A stretch of 64,000 nt of DNA from an uncultured Gemmatimonadales bacterium (GCA_963823035.1 CAWGKG010000015.1:32001-96000); one strand, 5' to 3'; numbered from the stretch's first letter, positions 38,221-48,827 are shown. The notes: generated by a model from the sequence alone, not told the origin. A program made the numbers and translations.

Positions 38221-39944
38221 GCTTGCGCACCAGGGCGCGGCCGACGAAGCGCGCCTGGTCCTTGAGCGGGAGGCGGTGGAGGTTGGCCTTCACCACGCCG
38301 CGCGTGAACCACGTCCGGCGCGCGTAGTCGATCGCCACGTCCACGAGGACGGGGCGGCCGTCACGGGCGATCCGGTCGGCCTCCACCAGCACCCCCTCCA
38401 CCTCGTCGTCCCGCTCGAGCGAGAGCGACGCCACCCCCATCCCGGTCGCGAGCGCCGCCACGTCGTAGTCGTGCACCCGGCTCGCCACCTTGCGGTTCAT
38501 CGCGGTGGCCTGGAACTGCGCGATCTGCGCGAGCTCACGGTCGTGCAGCACGAGCACGATGACGCCGATCCCGTCGCGGGCGGCGGTCATCAGCTCGAAG
38601 CCCGTCATGAGGAAGGCCCCGTCTCCCGCGAGCGCCACGACCGGCACGTCCGGTCGCGCCAGCTTCGCGCCGATGGCGGCCGGCACCGCGTACCCCATGC
38701 ACGAGTAGTCCACCGGCGCCAGGAAGCGCCGCGGACCCTCCAGGCGCAGGCACTCCATCGCCAGGAAGGTGCCGTTGCCGCTGTCCGCCGCGTAGACGGT
38801 TTCCGGCCCCAGGATGCGCTGCGCGGTGCCGAGCAGGTGGGCCGGCGTGACGCGCGCCCCGCCCACGTCCTGGAGCCACGCCTCCCGCACGGCGGCGTGC
38901 CCGGTCCGGATGCGCTCGCGCAGCGCCGGGTCCTCGCCGCGCGGCGTGTCGTCGAGACGGGCGCGCAGCGCCTCCAGGAAGGCGCCCGGCATCGGCCACC
39001 AGCGCCACCGCCGCCGGATGGTTGCGGCCGAGCACGTCCGCGTCGATGTCCACGTGCACGAGCGGTCCCGGCGGCTCGAGCCCGTAGCTGCCCGTGGCCA
39101 CCTCGCCGAAACGGCAGCCGATCGCGAGGGTCAGGTCGCACGAAGCGGCGATCTCCCGCGCGAAGGGCGGCGCGGCCATGCCGAACCCGGGCCAGAGGAA
39201 GAGGGGATGGTCCTCCCCGACGACGCCCTTCCCCTGGAACGTCGTGGAGATCGGAGCCTCCAGCAGCTCGGCCAGGGCGGCGACCTCGTCGCCGACGTCG
39301 ACCGTTCCCGCGCCGACGTAGAGCAGGGGCCTGCGCGCGCGCTGCAGGAGCTCGACCGCGCGCTGCAGGAGGGCTCCGTCGGGCGCGGGTCGGGCGCGCC
39401 CCGCCCCCACGGTCCCCGGGGGCGGCAGCGTGACGTCGTGCGTGAAGAGGTAGAGGTCCGCCGGCACCTCGACGAACACCGGTCCGGGTGCCCCGCCGCG
39501 CGCGAGCGCGCACGCCTCGCGGATCATGTCGTAGAGCTGCTGCCCGGAACGGGGGAGGAACGTCCCCTTCACGACCGCGCGCACGATCGCCGCCTGATCG
39601 ACGTCGTGGAGCTGGAAGGCCTTGCCGGAGTCGCGTCGGATCCCGCACCCGAGCACGAGCATGGGTACGGTGTCCATGAACGCCTCGGCGATGCCCGACA
39701 GCGCGTGGGTCAGTCCGGCACCCGGCACCACGTTCACGCACGCCATCCGACCCGACGCCCGCCACACCCCGTCCGCCATGAAGGAGGCGCTCTGCTCGTC
39801 GGTGACGAGGACGGTCGCGACCGCCTTCGACAGGGCCAGCGCGTCGTAGAGCTCGATGTTGTGCGTGCCCGGGATCCCGAAGGCGAACGGGATGTCCTCG
39901 TCCTCCAGCGCCCGCACGACGATCGCGCCACCGGTGAGACTCAT
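38210..39944 (-). CDS. Thiamine pyrophosphate-binding enzyme, acetolactate synthase-like (frameshift near 38990)
   Basis: FGIPGTHN, DEQSASFMADG, PGPVFVEVPAD, MGYAVPAAIGA, GDGAF. Confidence 0.88.
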
Positions 39945-41443
39945 GCCGTCGCCTCCATCTCTTCGAGGACGCCCTCCGCCACCCGGTCGGCCAGGGCCAT
40001 GATCGTGAGGTACGGGTTGATCTCGATGGAGTCGGGGAAGAGGCTCGAGTCCGCGACGCGCAGCCAGGGCACCCCGTGCACGCGCCCGCGGCCGTCCGTG
40101 ACGGAGTCGGACGCGTCGCGGCCCATCCCACACCCGCCCATGAGGTGCGCCGCCGAGATCGACATGCGGCCGGGGAGGAAGTGCGCGGAGGTGATGCGCT
40201 CGTCGATCCGGCCGGCCTCGGTGCGCTCGAGCAGCGGGGGGTCGGCGGGCGGCGCGTGCACCCGCTCCGCGCCCGCGGCGAAGAAGATCCGCGCCGCCGC
40301 GCGTGTGGCGGCCACCATGCGCTCCACCACCGCAGGCGTGAACCGGTAGCGCACCACCGGCGCCCCGTTCCCGTCCACGACGATCCGATTCTCCGACGCG
40401 GCCTTGTCGCAGGCCAGCACCAGGATCATCTGCAAACGCGGAAACGCCCGCATCAGCGCCTCGTGGTCGGGACCGAAGCCGGTGAGGTTCTTCGCCGTCA
40501 CGAAGGGGAAGTACATGCACGTCTCGAGCACGAAGCCCTCCTCCGCTCCCCGATCCACATAGAAGCTCTTCGGGTGGCCCACGTCGTTCGTGATGGGCCG
40601 CGGGTGCTCGCCCACGAGGATGAACGCCGGATGCGCCGTGAACCCCGCGCCGAGCCGCGGCAGACGCTCCCCCAGCCCGGAGCGCAGCAGGAGCGCGCTC
40701 GTGCCCACCGCACCGCCGGCCGCCACGACCACGGGGGCGCGCACGCGGTACTCCCCCGCCTCCCATTCGGAGGGTGCGCCGAGCGCGCCGGCCGGGCGCT
40801 CGCCCACCTCGACGACCACCGCGCGCTCCTCGAGCCGCAGCGCCCGGGCCCGGGTGACCACCTCGACTCCGGCCGCCTCCGCCCGCGGGAGCTGCACCTT
40901 GTGCGTCCCCTGCTTCGCGCCGTTCGGGCAGCCGAGGTTGCACAGGCTCGAGCCCCGGCAGCCCCGCACGTTCACGGGGAACTGATGGGGCGCGAAGCCC
41001 GCCGCGACCGCGCCCTCGACGAAGAGCCGGTTGTTCTCGTTGATCTCCTCGTCGGGAAGGAGGTGGACGTTGTTCTCCTCCACGTAGCGCCGCGTCCTGC
41101 CGAGGAGGTCCGCGTGGTCCAGCCCGGGCACGTTCCACGCACGCACGACGCGCTCGGGGGGCGGGAGGGAGGTGCCCGTGTACACGACCGTGGAGCCCCC
41201 GTACGCGCGTCCGAACGCGAGCGTCATCGTCCCGTCCGCGGTCAGGAAGCCGCCGGCGTCCTCGTAGAGGGCGGGCGCCATCTCGATCTCGTCGCCGCTC
41301 ATGTCCGCGTCGTCCAGGCGCGGACCCTGCTCCAGGACGAGCACGCGCCGCCCCGCGCCGGCCAGCGGCGCGAGGCGTTGCGCGACGGTGCCGCCTCCGG
41401 CTCCCGAGCCGATGACCACGACGTCCGCCGTCACCTCACGCAT
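39941..41443 (-). CDS. GMC family oxidoreductase
   Basis: VIGSGAGGG, GGSTVV, CNLGCP, AHLMGGCGMG, VADSSLFP, NPYLTIMALA. Confidence 0.92.
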   Translation of the reverse strand: MREVTADVVVIGSGAGGGTVAQRLAPLAGAGRRVLVLEQGPRLDDADMSGDEIEMAPALYEDAGGFLTADGTMTLAFGRAYGGSTVVYTGTSLPPPERVVRAWNVPGLDHADLLGRTRRYVEENNVHLLPDEEINENNRLFVEGAVAAGFAPHQFPVNVRGCRGSSLCNLGCPNGAKQGTHKVQLPRAEAAGVEVVTRARALRLEERAVVVEVGERPAGALGAPSEWEAGEYRVRAPVVVAAGGAVGTSALLLRSGLGERLPRLGAGFTAHPAFILVGEHPRPITNDVGHPKSFYVDRGAEEGFVLETCMYFPFVTAKNLTGFGPDHEALMRAFPRLQMILVLACDKAASENRIVVDGNGAPVVRYRFTPAVVERMVAATRAAARIFFAAGAERVHAPPADPPLLERTEAGRIDERITSAHFLPGRMSISAAHLMGGCGMGRDASDSVTDGRGRVHGVPWLRVADSSLFPDSIEINPYLTIMALADRVAEGVLEEMEATA

Positions 41444-41936
41444 CGGCGCCCCCCTCGCCTTCTCGACGCACGAGCGTCCCGGCCTCGGGCCCTCCCGCGC
41501 CGGAGCGCGCCGGCCAGGGGCCCTGGGAGCCGCCACGCGCCTCCCAGCCGATGGCCGCGGCGCGGTAGCCGAGCTCGGCGCGCACCGCCCGCTGACCGTA
41601 GCAGCCCATGAACGCGAGGGTACGCACGCCCCAAACGCCCCGACGAAGCAGAAGGACCGGCGCACGCTCCAACGACGCCATGATCGCGCGCACGCGCTCG
41701 GCGGGGAGCGCGGGGAGCCCACGCCCCCAACGCAAACGGCCGAGCAGCGACAGGACGCGCAGGAAGAGCACGACCTGGCGGCGCACCGCGGGGGGGCGGA
41801 GGGCGAGCGCCTCTTCGACGATGCCCTCCACCCGGGCCCAGGCGGACGCGTCGAAAGCCTCCGCGGCCGGCACCGCCGCACGCGCGACGGCGCGGAAGAG
41901 GGGGCGCACCGGCGCCAGGGTGGAGGGTGGGGTCAT
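41436..41936 (-). CDS. Hypothetical protein, likely the small partner subunit of the GMC oxidoreductase
   Basis: Helical protein ending ...LAFMGCYG...ELGY, overlapping the GMC start; resembles gluconate-dehydrogenase subunit-3-like partners. Confidence 0.6.
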   Translation of the reverse strand: MTPPSTLAPVRPLFRAVARAAVPAAEAFDASAWARVEGIVEEALALRPPAVRRQVVLFLRVLSLLGRLRWGRGLPALPAERVRAIMASLERAPVLLLRRGVWGVRTLAFMGCYGQRAVRAELGYRAAAIGWEARGGSQGPWPARSGAGGPEAGTLVRREGEGGADA

Positions 41937-42007
41937 GATCGCCAATAGCCGGGGCCGTGGGGTCGATGTCAACGGGGCTACGGAACGGGGCTCGCCGGCG
42001 CGGCCCG

Positions 42008-42205
42008 CTACCAGACGCCCAGGATCATCAGGACCACCCAGACCACGATCGACCCGAGGCTGATGGACGCCGCGGTCATCGTCACGGGTTGCTCCGACAT
42101 CCACTGCCGCACGAGCTTGGGGTCGTCGGAGAAGGCGCGGCGGATCCAGTCGATCACCAGCCACCCGACGAAGAAGCCGGGTACGATCAGCCAGAGGATG
42201 CGCAC
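42008..42205 (-). CDS. Small two-TM hypothetical protein
   Basis: 65-aa ORF with two hydrophobic helices, 6 nt after the previous gene. Confidence 0.6.
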   Translation of the reverse strand: MRILWLIVPGFFVGWLVIDWIRRAFSDDPKLVRQWMSEQPVTMTAASISLGSIVVWVVLMILGVW

Positions 42206-42211
42206 GCCGGC

Positions 42212-43261
42212 CTACCAGCGGGCCCGGGCGCCGCGGGCGTCGACGTGGACGAAGGGCCCGTGTGCGGCGTTGCGGCTGTAGATCCCGAGTCCGCCCGGGC
42301 GCCACTCCCCGCGCGCGGTCAGCCCCTCGATCCAGCGGGCGAGCAGCCGCGCGTCGGCCACGGTGGAGCGACCGTCCCCGTTCAGATCGTCCATGTCCCC
42401 GTTGCGGTCCGCGTCGACGTAGACGTCGGCCGCATCGCCCCACAGGTGCCTGGAGTAGACCGTGCGATTGCCGATGGCCTGGTTGTACGCGGGCGTGCGG
42501 TACCCCGACATGACCCGGAGCGCGCCCGACGGAAGGCCCCGCTCCTGCAGCGCCTCCGTGATCGACTCCAGCTTCATGAGCAGCTGCGGGGACAGGGCGA
42601 TGTATCGCGGCTCTCCCGGCTGCTTGCACAGGAAGTCTCCGAGCACGAAGTGTGGCGACGCGAGCACGTCGCGATCCGCGATCGCCACCTCGAGGAAACC
42701 GTCGGGGGGAAGGTAGCTCGGGTCGCCCCGCAGCGGCTTGGCCTGGTACTTCCCGATCCGATAGCCGTTGAGCGTCCCATTGCGCACCATCGTCGCGGGG
42801 TACAGCACCAGCGCCGTGAGGTCGATCGTGTCCCCGGCCATGACCAACTTCAACGCGTAGATGCCGGGGCGCGCCGGCGCGATCCACCGCCAACCGTTCT
42901 CGACGGCGACCGCGTCGCCGGCCTGGTACCGGAGCGCCAGCGCTTCCTCTCCACGCCCTTCGATCAGGATGCCCTGCTGGGGGGAGAGCGGGAACGACGC
43001 GAGCGCGAAGGCGAGGCGCTCGCCGCCGAGGCGCACGTCGAGCGGGGTCCGGCCGGGTGGTGGGCCGTCACCCTGCCGCCGCGGTCGAAGCGTCGGATCG
43101 GGCTCGGCGTACCGACGGGCCACAGCCGGTGACGCCCGCATCGTACCCGGGCCGACACCCACGGCCGCGGCATATACCGCAACGAGAAGGACACCCCGGA
43201 GGGAGGTCGAAACGAGCGGCATACGGAGGCTCGGGCCTCCCGCGAGGACGGAGCTGCTCAT
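42212..43261 (-). CDS. Peptidase M15 (YcbK/MepK-like) metallopeptidase
   Basis: SGYRTPAYN, SRHLWGDAAD, FVHVD. Confidence 0.85.
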   Translation of the reverse strand: MSSSVLAGGPSLRMPLVSTSLRGVLLVAVYAAAVGVGPGTMRASPAVARRYAEPDPTLRPRRQGDGPPPGRTPLDVRLGGERLAFALASFPLSPQQGILIEGRGEEALALRYQAGDAVAVENGWRWIAPARPGIYALKLVMAGDTIDLTALVLYPATMVRNGTLNGYRIGKYQAKPLRGDPSYLPPDGFLEVAIADRDVLASPHFVLGDFLCKQPGEPRYIALSPQLLMKLESITEALQERGLPSGALRVMSGYRTPAYNQAIGNRTVYSRHLWGDAADVYVDADRNGDMDDLNGDGRSTVADARLLARWIEGLTARGEWRPGGLGIYSRNAAHGPFVHVDARGARARW

Positions 43262-44976
43262 GGAGCCGGCGGCTCGGCGTCGAGCGCGGCGCGCACCGCA
43301 CGGTCACGACCGTACAGGTCGGGCCGGAAGTCCACGGCGCCGTCGTCATCGGCGAACGCCGTCCAGTAGAGCAGGTGGACCGGTACGGGTTCGCTCAGCC
43401 ACACCGTGGTCTCACGGCCTGCGGCGACGGCAGCTCTGATACGCTCCGGAGACCATCGGGGATCCCCGGCCAGGAGGTAGTCGGCGAGCTCGAGGGGCTT
43501 CTCGATGCGGATGCAGCCGGAGCTGAAGGCACGCGTGGTGCGGGAGAACAACTCGCGGGAAGGGGTGTCGTGGAGGTAGACGTTGTGGCGGTTGGGGAAG
43601 ATGAACTTCACGTCGCCCAACGCGTTGAGCGGCCCCGGGTCCTGGCGGATGCGAAAACGTCGGTTGAGCTCGGCCCCCGTCATCGTGCCCCAGTCCACGG
43701 AGGCCGGGTCCACCGGCTCGTTCGTGGCCTGATCGAAGAGCGTCATCTTCATCGAGGCGAGGTAACCCGGATTCCGTCGGAGCTCGGGCAGCTTGTCCAC
43801 CGCCGCGATGCTCGGCGGCACATGCCAATAGGGGGCAAGCACCAGGTACGTCATGTTCGCGCTGAACATCGGTGTCTCCCGGTACTCGCGCCCCACCACG
43901 GCGCGCATTTGCAGCGCCACCTGACCGTCCTTCCACACCTCCAGGTGGTAGTCGGCGATGTTCACGCGGATGTGCCGCCGGCCGAGGTCGTTGGGCAGCC
44001 ATCGCCACCGCTCCAGGTTGACCACGATCTGCGCGATCCTCGCCTCGACCGGGACGTTCATGGCGGCGAGCGTCTCGCGTCCCACGCTGCCGTCCGCATC
44101 GAGCCCGTGTCGGTGCTGGAAACGCACCACCGCCTCCGCGAGCTCATCGTCGAAGCGCCCGTCGTCCGCCGCGGACCGCGTCCCGAGGTCGCCGCTGGCG
44201 ACGAGACGCCGGCGCAGCGCCGGAACACGGGCGTCCTCGTCGCCCGGGTGGAGGGTCGTACCGTCCGGGACGACGCCCCATCCCCCCTCCGCCTCGACGG
44301 CACGAAATCGAGCGAGCAGGCTCTTGAGCGCCCGGTACCCAGGCTGGCTCGGCCGCAGCGCGTCGAGCGCCGCATCCACGTCGCCCAGCTCCATCGCGGC
44401 GGTCAGCTCTGCCGCCATGTCGACCTGCCGGCGGTTCGCCAGCCACTCGGCCTTGAGCGTGCTCGGATTCACCCGCCCCTGGAGGAGGTGCGACCCGAAC
44501 GTGAGGTAGGCATCCGTGAGGAGGATCTCGAGATCGACCAGACCGGCCGCGTCGCGCCCCGAGGACACGAGCGAATCGATCGCCGCCAGATGGTAATCCG
44601 TCCCGTCCAGCCCGTCCTCGGGCGCCGCGTGCAATGCCGCCACCAGACGGAGTGCGCAGCTCGAGGGCCGCCCGCGCGAAATCCACGCGGGCGCGTCCTC
44701 CCGGCGCAGGTAGAACGAGGGCAACGCGTTGCTCGCGCGGATCTCGTGGCCCCCCGCTCTCAGAGTCCCCTGGGCGGCGCCCGCCTCCAGGCGATTGCGC
44801 AGAAGATCCGCCAGTGCCGGCGCAGGCTCCGACGGGCAGGGCGAGGACATGCGGGCCGGCGCCGCACCCAGGATCACGGCGAGGGTGGTGGCGAACGCGC
44901 CTCGACGGAACCCGGGACCGACGTGCCGCCGCGTGCCGCGGCGGTCGGGTACGGGTGCTGGGGTCGAGAGGGTCAT
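43258..44976 (-). CDS. L,D-transpeptidase, YcbB/LdtD-like, with PG-binding domain
   Basis: NLERWRW, VNIADY, QDPGPLNALG, VYLHDTP, SSGCIR. Confidence 0.92.
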   Translation of the reverse strand: MTLSTPAPVPDRRGTRRHVGPGFRRGAFATTLAVILGAAPARMSSPCPSEPAPALADLLRNRLEAGAAQGTLRAGGHEIRASNALPSFYLRREDAPAWISRGRPSSCALRLVAALHAAPEDGLDGTDYHLAAIDSLVSSGRDAAGLVDLEILLTDAYLTFGSHLLQGRVNPSTLKAEWLANRRQVDMAAELTAAMELGDVDAALDALRPSQPGYRALKSLLARFRAVEAEGGWGVVPDGTTLHPGDEDARVPALRRRLVASGDLGTRSAADDGRFDDELAEAVVRFQHRHGLDADGSVGRETLAAMNVPVEARIAQIVVNLERWRWLPNDLGRRHIRVNIADYHLEVWKDGQVALQMRAVVGREYRETPMFSANMTYLVLAPYWHVPPSIAAVDKLPELRRNPGYLASMKMTLFDQATNEPVDPASVDWGTMTGAELNRRFRIRQDPGPLNALGDVKFIFPNRHNVYLHDTPSRELFSRTTRAFSSGCIRIEKPLELADYLLAGDPRWSPERIRAAVAAGRETTVWLSEPVPVHLLYWTAFADDDGAVDFRPDLYGRDRAVRAALDAEPPAP

Positions 44977-45020
44977 CGGCGGACGATTGCTCCAGTCGCG
45001 GAAGTTCCGAAGTTAGTGGG

Positions 45021-46232
45021 ATGAGAACCCGCTCCGCACACCTCGCTCTCGCGCTCGCCCCCGCGCTCACCCTCGCCGCCTGCGGGGGAGACGCACCCCC
45101 CGCCCTCGTCGTTGGGCCGGTCTCCTACACGCAGGAGGAGCTCCTCGGCCTGTCGCCGTCGCGCGTCCGGACGCTCGCCCACCTCACCGAGTTCGGCCTC
45201 GCGGTCGCCGACTCCTCGTCCGCCGAGCTGGGCGCGCCCCTCGTGGACCGGTGGGAGGACGACCGCCTCCTCGACCTCCTGGCCGCCGAGCTGACGCTCG
45301 ACGAGAACGGCGTGGGCGACGACGTGCTGGAGGCGCGCTACCGGACGGACCCCGACTTCGAGCTGACCGTCCGCCACATCCTCTTCTTCTCCGAGCGCTG
45401 GCGCACGAAGGAGGAGCGGGCCGCGGCGAAGGCGAAGGCCGAGCGCGCGCTGGTGGCCATCCGCGGCGGGGCGGACTTCGCGGAGACCGCGGCGCGCCTC
45501 TCGGAGGAGCCCGGCGCAGAGAGCCGCCAGGGCCTGCTCACGCCCGGGCGCGCGGGCGCCTGGGTGGACGAGTTCTGGGCGGCGGCCTCGGCGCTCGAGG
45601 TGGGAGAGATCAGCCCCGTCACCGAGACCGAGTACGGCTACCACATCCTCCGGCTCGAGGGACGGGACACCGTTCCCTTCTCGGAGGCGCGCAGCCGCAT
45701 CGCCCTGGAAGTCGCGGACCGCATCGAGGATCCCCACGCCGTGCTCGAGACGTGGCTGGACGGTCGCGCCGTCGACGTCCGCTCCCCGACCTCCGGCGGA
45801 AACGCGTCCGCACCCGCCGACACCGCGGTGCTCGCCACCTGGGGCGACGAGGCGGCCGGGACCGGTGCGCTCACCGGCCAGGACTGGAACGCGTGGGCCA
45901 GGACCGGGCCGCCGGCGGCGCCCCCGGTCGTGGAGGCGATCCGTGCGCTCGCGCGGCGGCGCATGGCCCTGGGCGAGGCGGAACGACGCGGCCTCGCCGT
46001 CTCTCGGGCGGAGCGCGCCCGGCTGGAGCGCCGATGGGACGACCAGGTCTACCAGTGGTCCGCCACCCTCGGCTTCTCCGCGGGGATGGGGCCGGAAGCC
46101 GTGTCCCGCGCCGCGCTGCATGCCCTCGGTGCTACGGGTCAGGGTGCCGGGCTGGCGCGCACCGCCCTGGACGGGCGCGCCCCTCTCCTGGAGGCCCGCT
46201 ACCCTGTCGAGCTTCCCGCGCCCGCCTCGTGA
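45021..46232 (+). CDS. PpiC-type peptidylprolyl isomerase lipoprotein
   Basis: Lipobox LAAC, VRHIL, FAETAARLSEEPG, TEYGYHIL. Confidence 0.85.
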   Translation: MRTRSAHLALALAPALTLAACGGDAPPALVVGPVSYTQEELLGLSPSRVRTLAHLTEFGLAVADSSSAELGAPLVDRWEDDRLLDLLAAELTLDENGVGDDVLEARYRTDPDFELTVRHILFFSERWRTKEERAAAKAKAERALVAIRGGADFAETAARLSEEPGAESRQGLLTPGRAGAWVDEFWAAASALEVGEISPVTETEYGYHILRLEGRDTVPFSEARSRIALEVADRIEDPHAVLETWLDGRAVDVRSPTSGGNASAPADTAVLATWGDEAAGTGALTGQDWNAWARTGPPAAPPVVEAIRALARRRMALGEAERRGLAVSRAERARLERRWDDQVYQWSATLGFSAGMGPEAVSRAALHALGATGQGAGLARTALDGRAPLLEARYPVELPAPAS

Positions 46233-46305
46233 CCGGCGCCCCGTGGGGGAAACCGCGGCGAGCGGTGTACCGTAGGGCACCGCGTACCCTCAGGATACCG
46301 CGACC

Positions 46306-46977
46306 ATGACCGATACGACGCAAAGAAAGCTCCGCTTCCTCGCCGGGTTCGCCGTCTATTTCGGCGCGCTCTGGCTGTTGTGGGGCACGCCCATCGTCTA
46401 TCCGCTGAAGATCTTCGTGGTGCTCCTCCACGAGGTGAGCCACGGCATCGCGGCCGTGGCGACGGGCGGCTCGATCCAGCGCATCGTGCTCGATCCGTAC
46501 CAGGGAGGCGCCACGTATACGGTCGGTGGCAACGCCTTCGCCACGCTGTCGGCGGGCTACCTCGGGAGCCTGGCCTGGGGCGCCTTGATGGTCGAGGCCG
46601 CGAGGGCACGCCGCGTCCGATCCGACCTCGTGATCGGGATGATCGGCGGGCTGGTGGTCGTGCTCACGGCCCTCTTCGTGCGAAGCGGATTCGGGATCGC
46701 GTTCGGCGTGCTCTTCGGCGTGGCGCTGGCTGTCGCGTCGCGCAAGCTCTCCGTCGCCCTCAACCGGAGCCTCCTGCTCACGCTCGGGATGACGTCGAGC
46801 CTGTACGCGATCCTGGACATCAAGAGCGACATCCTGGACCGGCCGACGCTCGAGTCCGACGCCTTCATGCTCGGTCGGATGACCGGCGTGCCGACGGCCG
46901 TGTGGGGCATCCTGTGGATCGCCATCGCGCTGGGCGTGACCGCGTTCCTCTTCCGGCGGGCCTACCGGGACGCCTGA
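46306..46977 (+). CDS. M50B-like membrane metallopeptidase
   Basis: HEVSH, SAGYLG and SDA motifs; multiple TMs. Confidence 0.88.
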   Translation: MTDTTQRKLRFLAGFAVYFGALWLLWGTPIVYPLKIFVVLLHEVSHGIAAVATGGSIQRIVLDPYQGGATYTVGGNAFATLSAGYLGSLAWGALMVEAARARRVRSDLVIGMIGGLVVVLTALFVRSGFGIAFGVLFGVALAVASRKLSVALNRSLLLTLGMTSSLYAILDIKSDILDRPTLESDAFMLGRMTGVPTAVWGILWIAIALGVTAFLFRRAYRDA

Positions 46978-47188
46978 GGCAGGACGGCCCGCGGGCCGCG
47001 TGAGCTCCGCGCCCGCCCTCCCCGCCGCCGACACCACCCATGGTACCCAGAGGGCGGCATCACCCCGGATATCGTGGCCCCATTCACCTCCCTTGCGACC
47101 GGGTGGGCAAATCACTTATCGTTGCGCCGATCGGAATCGCTTTCGATCCGTTCCGCCCGATGTTCGACCCGAACAAAGGAGGTGATCC

Positions 47189-47251
47189 TTGTCTACTCCG
47201 TGTACCCTGTCCAGCCTGGCAAGGGCAAGCGATCGCCGTACCGGCTCCTAA
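47189..47251 (+). CDS. Putative 20-aa small peptide MSTPCTLSSLARASDRRTGS
   Basis: TTG start directly after AAAGGAGGTGATCC; TAA stop; upstream promoter-like sequence and downstream terminator. Confidence 0.4.
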   Translation: MSTPCTLSSLARASDRRTGS

Positions 47252-47308
47252 GCCGAACTCGATCCACTGTTCGCGCCGTTCCGGCCGTCGTGCCGGGCTG
47301 CGACAGTC

Positions 47309-47348
47309 AGACGCCACCGGGGTTCAGCCCGGTGGCGTCTTCTGTTTT
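47309..47348 (+). terminator. Intrinsic terminator, possibly bidirectional
   Basis: Perfect 13-bp stem AGACGCCACCGGG/CCCGGTGGCGTCT followed by TCTGTTTT. Confidence 0.85.
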
Positions 47349-47929
47349 CAGCCGAACCAGGGCGGGTTGTTTCCGGGCTTCCACTTGATGTTGCAGCCGA
47401 CGCTGGGCGTCTGTTCGGCAGCGGGGTCGCGTCCGGTGAGCACGGCGTCCACGGCAGCCCTCAGGTCCGCGCCCGTGACGGGGATCTCCGAGCCGGGGCG
47501 GCTCGCGTCGAACTGTCCCCGGTACGCCAGGCGACGGTCCGCGTCGTAGAGGAAGAAGTCGGGCGTGCACGCCGCGCGGTAGGCCTTCGCCACCTCCTGC
47601 GAGGCGTCGAACAGATACGGGAAGCCGTAGCCCCGCCTCTCGACCTCGCGCGCCATCGCCTCCGGGCTGTCGTCCGGGTAGTTGTCCACGTCGTTGGCGT
47701 TGATGCCGACCATCGCCAGCCCCTTGGCGCGGTACTCGCGCTCGAAGTCCGCCAACCCCGCCGCGATGTGCTTCACGTACGGGCAGTGGTTGGAGAGGAA
47801 CACGACCAGGAGCGCGCCCGCTTCGGAGAATTCGTCGCGCGACACCGTCCGGCCGGTCGCGGGCTCGGACAGCGAGAAATCCGGTGCCGGGCTCCCGAGC
47901 TCGGCCATCGTGGAGGGGGTCTGAACCAT
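47348..47929 (-). CDS. Thioredoxin-fold AhpC/TSA family protein
   Basis: SNHCPYV, AACTPDFF, YRGQFD, SVGCNIKW. Confidence 0.92.
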   Translation of the reverse strand: MVQTPSTMAELGSPAPDFSLSEPATGRTVSRDEFSEAGALLVVFLSNHCPYVKHIAAGLADFEREYRAKGLAMVGINANDVDNYPDDSPEAMAREVERRGYGFPYLFDASQEVAKAYRAACTPDFFLYDADRRLAYRGQFDASRPGSEIPVTGADLRAAVDAVLTGRDPAAEQTPSVGCNIKWKPGNNPPWFG

Positions 47930-48035
47930 GCGGGTCCTCGGTGCTGCGGTTGTGGTCTCGCGATCGTCCGGAGGGAGACCCCGCAGCGGATCGATCGTGC
48001 CGGACCGCCGGTGCTCGCGACGGGTAGAGCCTCCC

Positions 48036-48827
48036 ATGCGCGTCGTCTCCCTCGCCTGCTCCAACACCGAGATCGTCCACGCCCTCGGCTGCGCCGACCT
48101 CCTGGTCGGTGTGGACGACCACTCCGACTGGCCGGAGGAGGTGGTCGGACCGCTCCCGAAGGTCGGACCCGACCTCGACGTGGACGTCGCGCGCGTGGCG
48201 TCGCTGGAGCCGGACCTGGTCCTCGCGACGCTGACGGTCCCGGGCCACGAGCGCGTGCTGGAGCGGCTGCAGGCGGCGGGGCTCCCCTTCGTGGCCCCGG
48301 AGCCCACCTCCCTCGAGGACGTCTACCGCGACGTACGGGACATCGGACGGCTGCTCGGGGTGGCCGAGCGCGCCGACGCGCTCGTGGCCGAGATGCGTGC
48401 CGAGCTCGATGCCCCGCCCCCGCCGGGCGACGCCCCCGAGCTGCTCGTGCAGTGGTGGCCCAAGCCGGTCATCACGCCGGGCCGGCGCTCCTGGACCACG
48501 GACGTGCTGCACGCGGCGGGCGCGCGGGCGACGCTCGAGGACGAGGACGTGAAGAGTCGCCCGATGACGGACGAGGAGGTGGCGGCGCGCTCGCCGGACG
48601 CCGTCGTCCTGTCGTGGTGCGGCGTGCACCCCTCGAAATACCGGCCCGACGTGGTCCTCCGGAACGACGCCTGGGCGGAGCTCCCCTTCGTCCGCGAGGG
48701 GAGGGTCTACTGCGTCGGCGAGCCATGGATGGGCCGTCCCGGGCCTCGCCTGGTGGAGGGCGTGCGGGCAGTGCGGCACATCGTCGAGGAGCTGCGATGG
48801 GGAGGGTCTGTCACCGCCGGACGCTGA
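48036..48827 (+). CDS. BtuF-like helical-backbone metal/cobalamin-binding protein
   Basis: MRVVSLACSNTEIVHALG, LEPDLV, RPGPRL; no signal peptide seen. Confidence 0.82.
   Translation: MRVVSLACSNTEIVHALGCADLLVGVDDHSDWPEEVVGPLPKVGPDLDVDVARVASLEPDLVLATLTVPGHERVLERLQAAGLPFVAPEPTSLEDVYRDVRDIGRLLGVAERADALVAEMRAELDAPPPPGDAPELLVQWWPKPVITPGRRSWTTDVLHAAGARATLEDEDVKSRPMTDEEVAARSPDAVVLSWCGVHPSKYRPDVVLRNDAWAELPFVREGRVYCVGEPWMGRPGPRLVEGVRAVRHIVEELRWGGSVTAGR

Noticed and set aside
47175..47188. 16S rRNA fragment on the minus strand
   Set aside because: Similarity is limited to the 14-nt anti-SD and the flanks are not rRNA-like.
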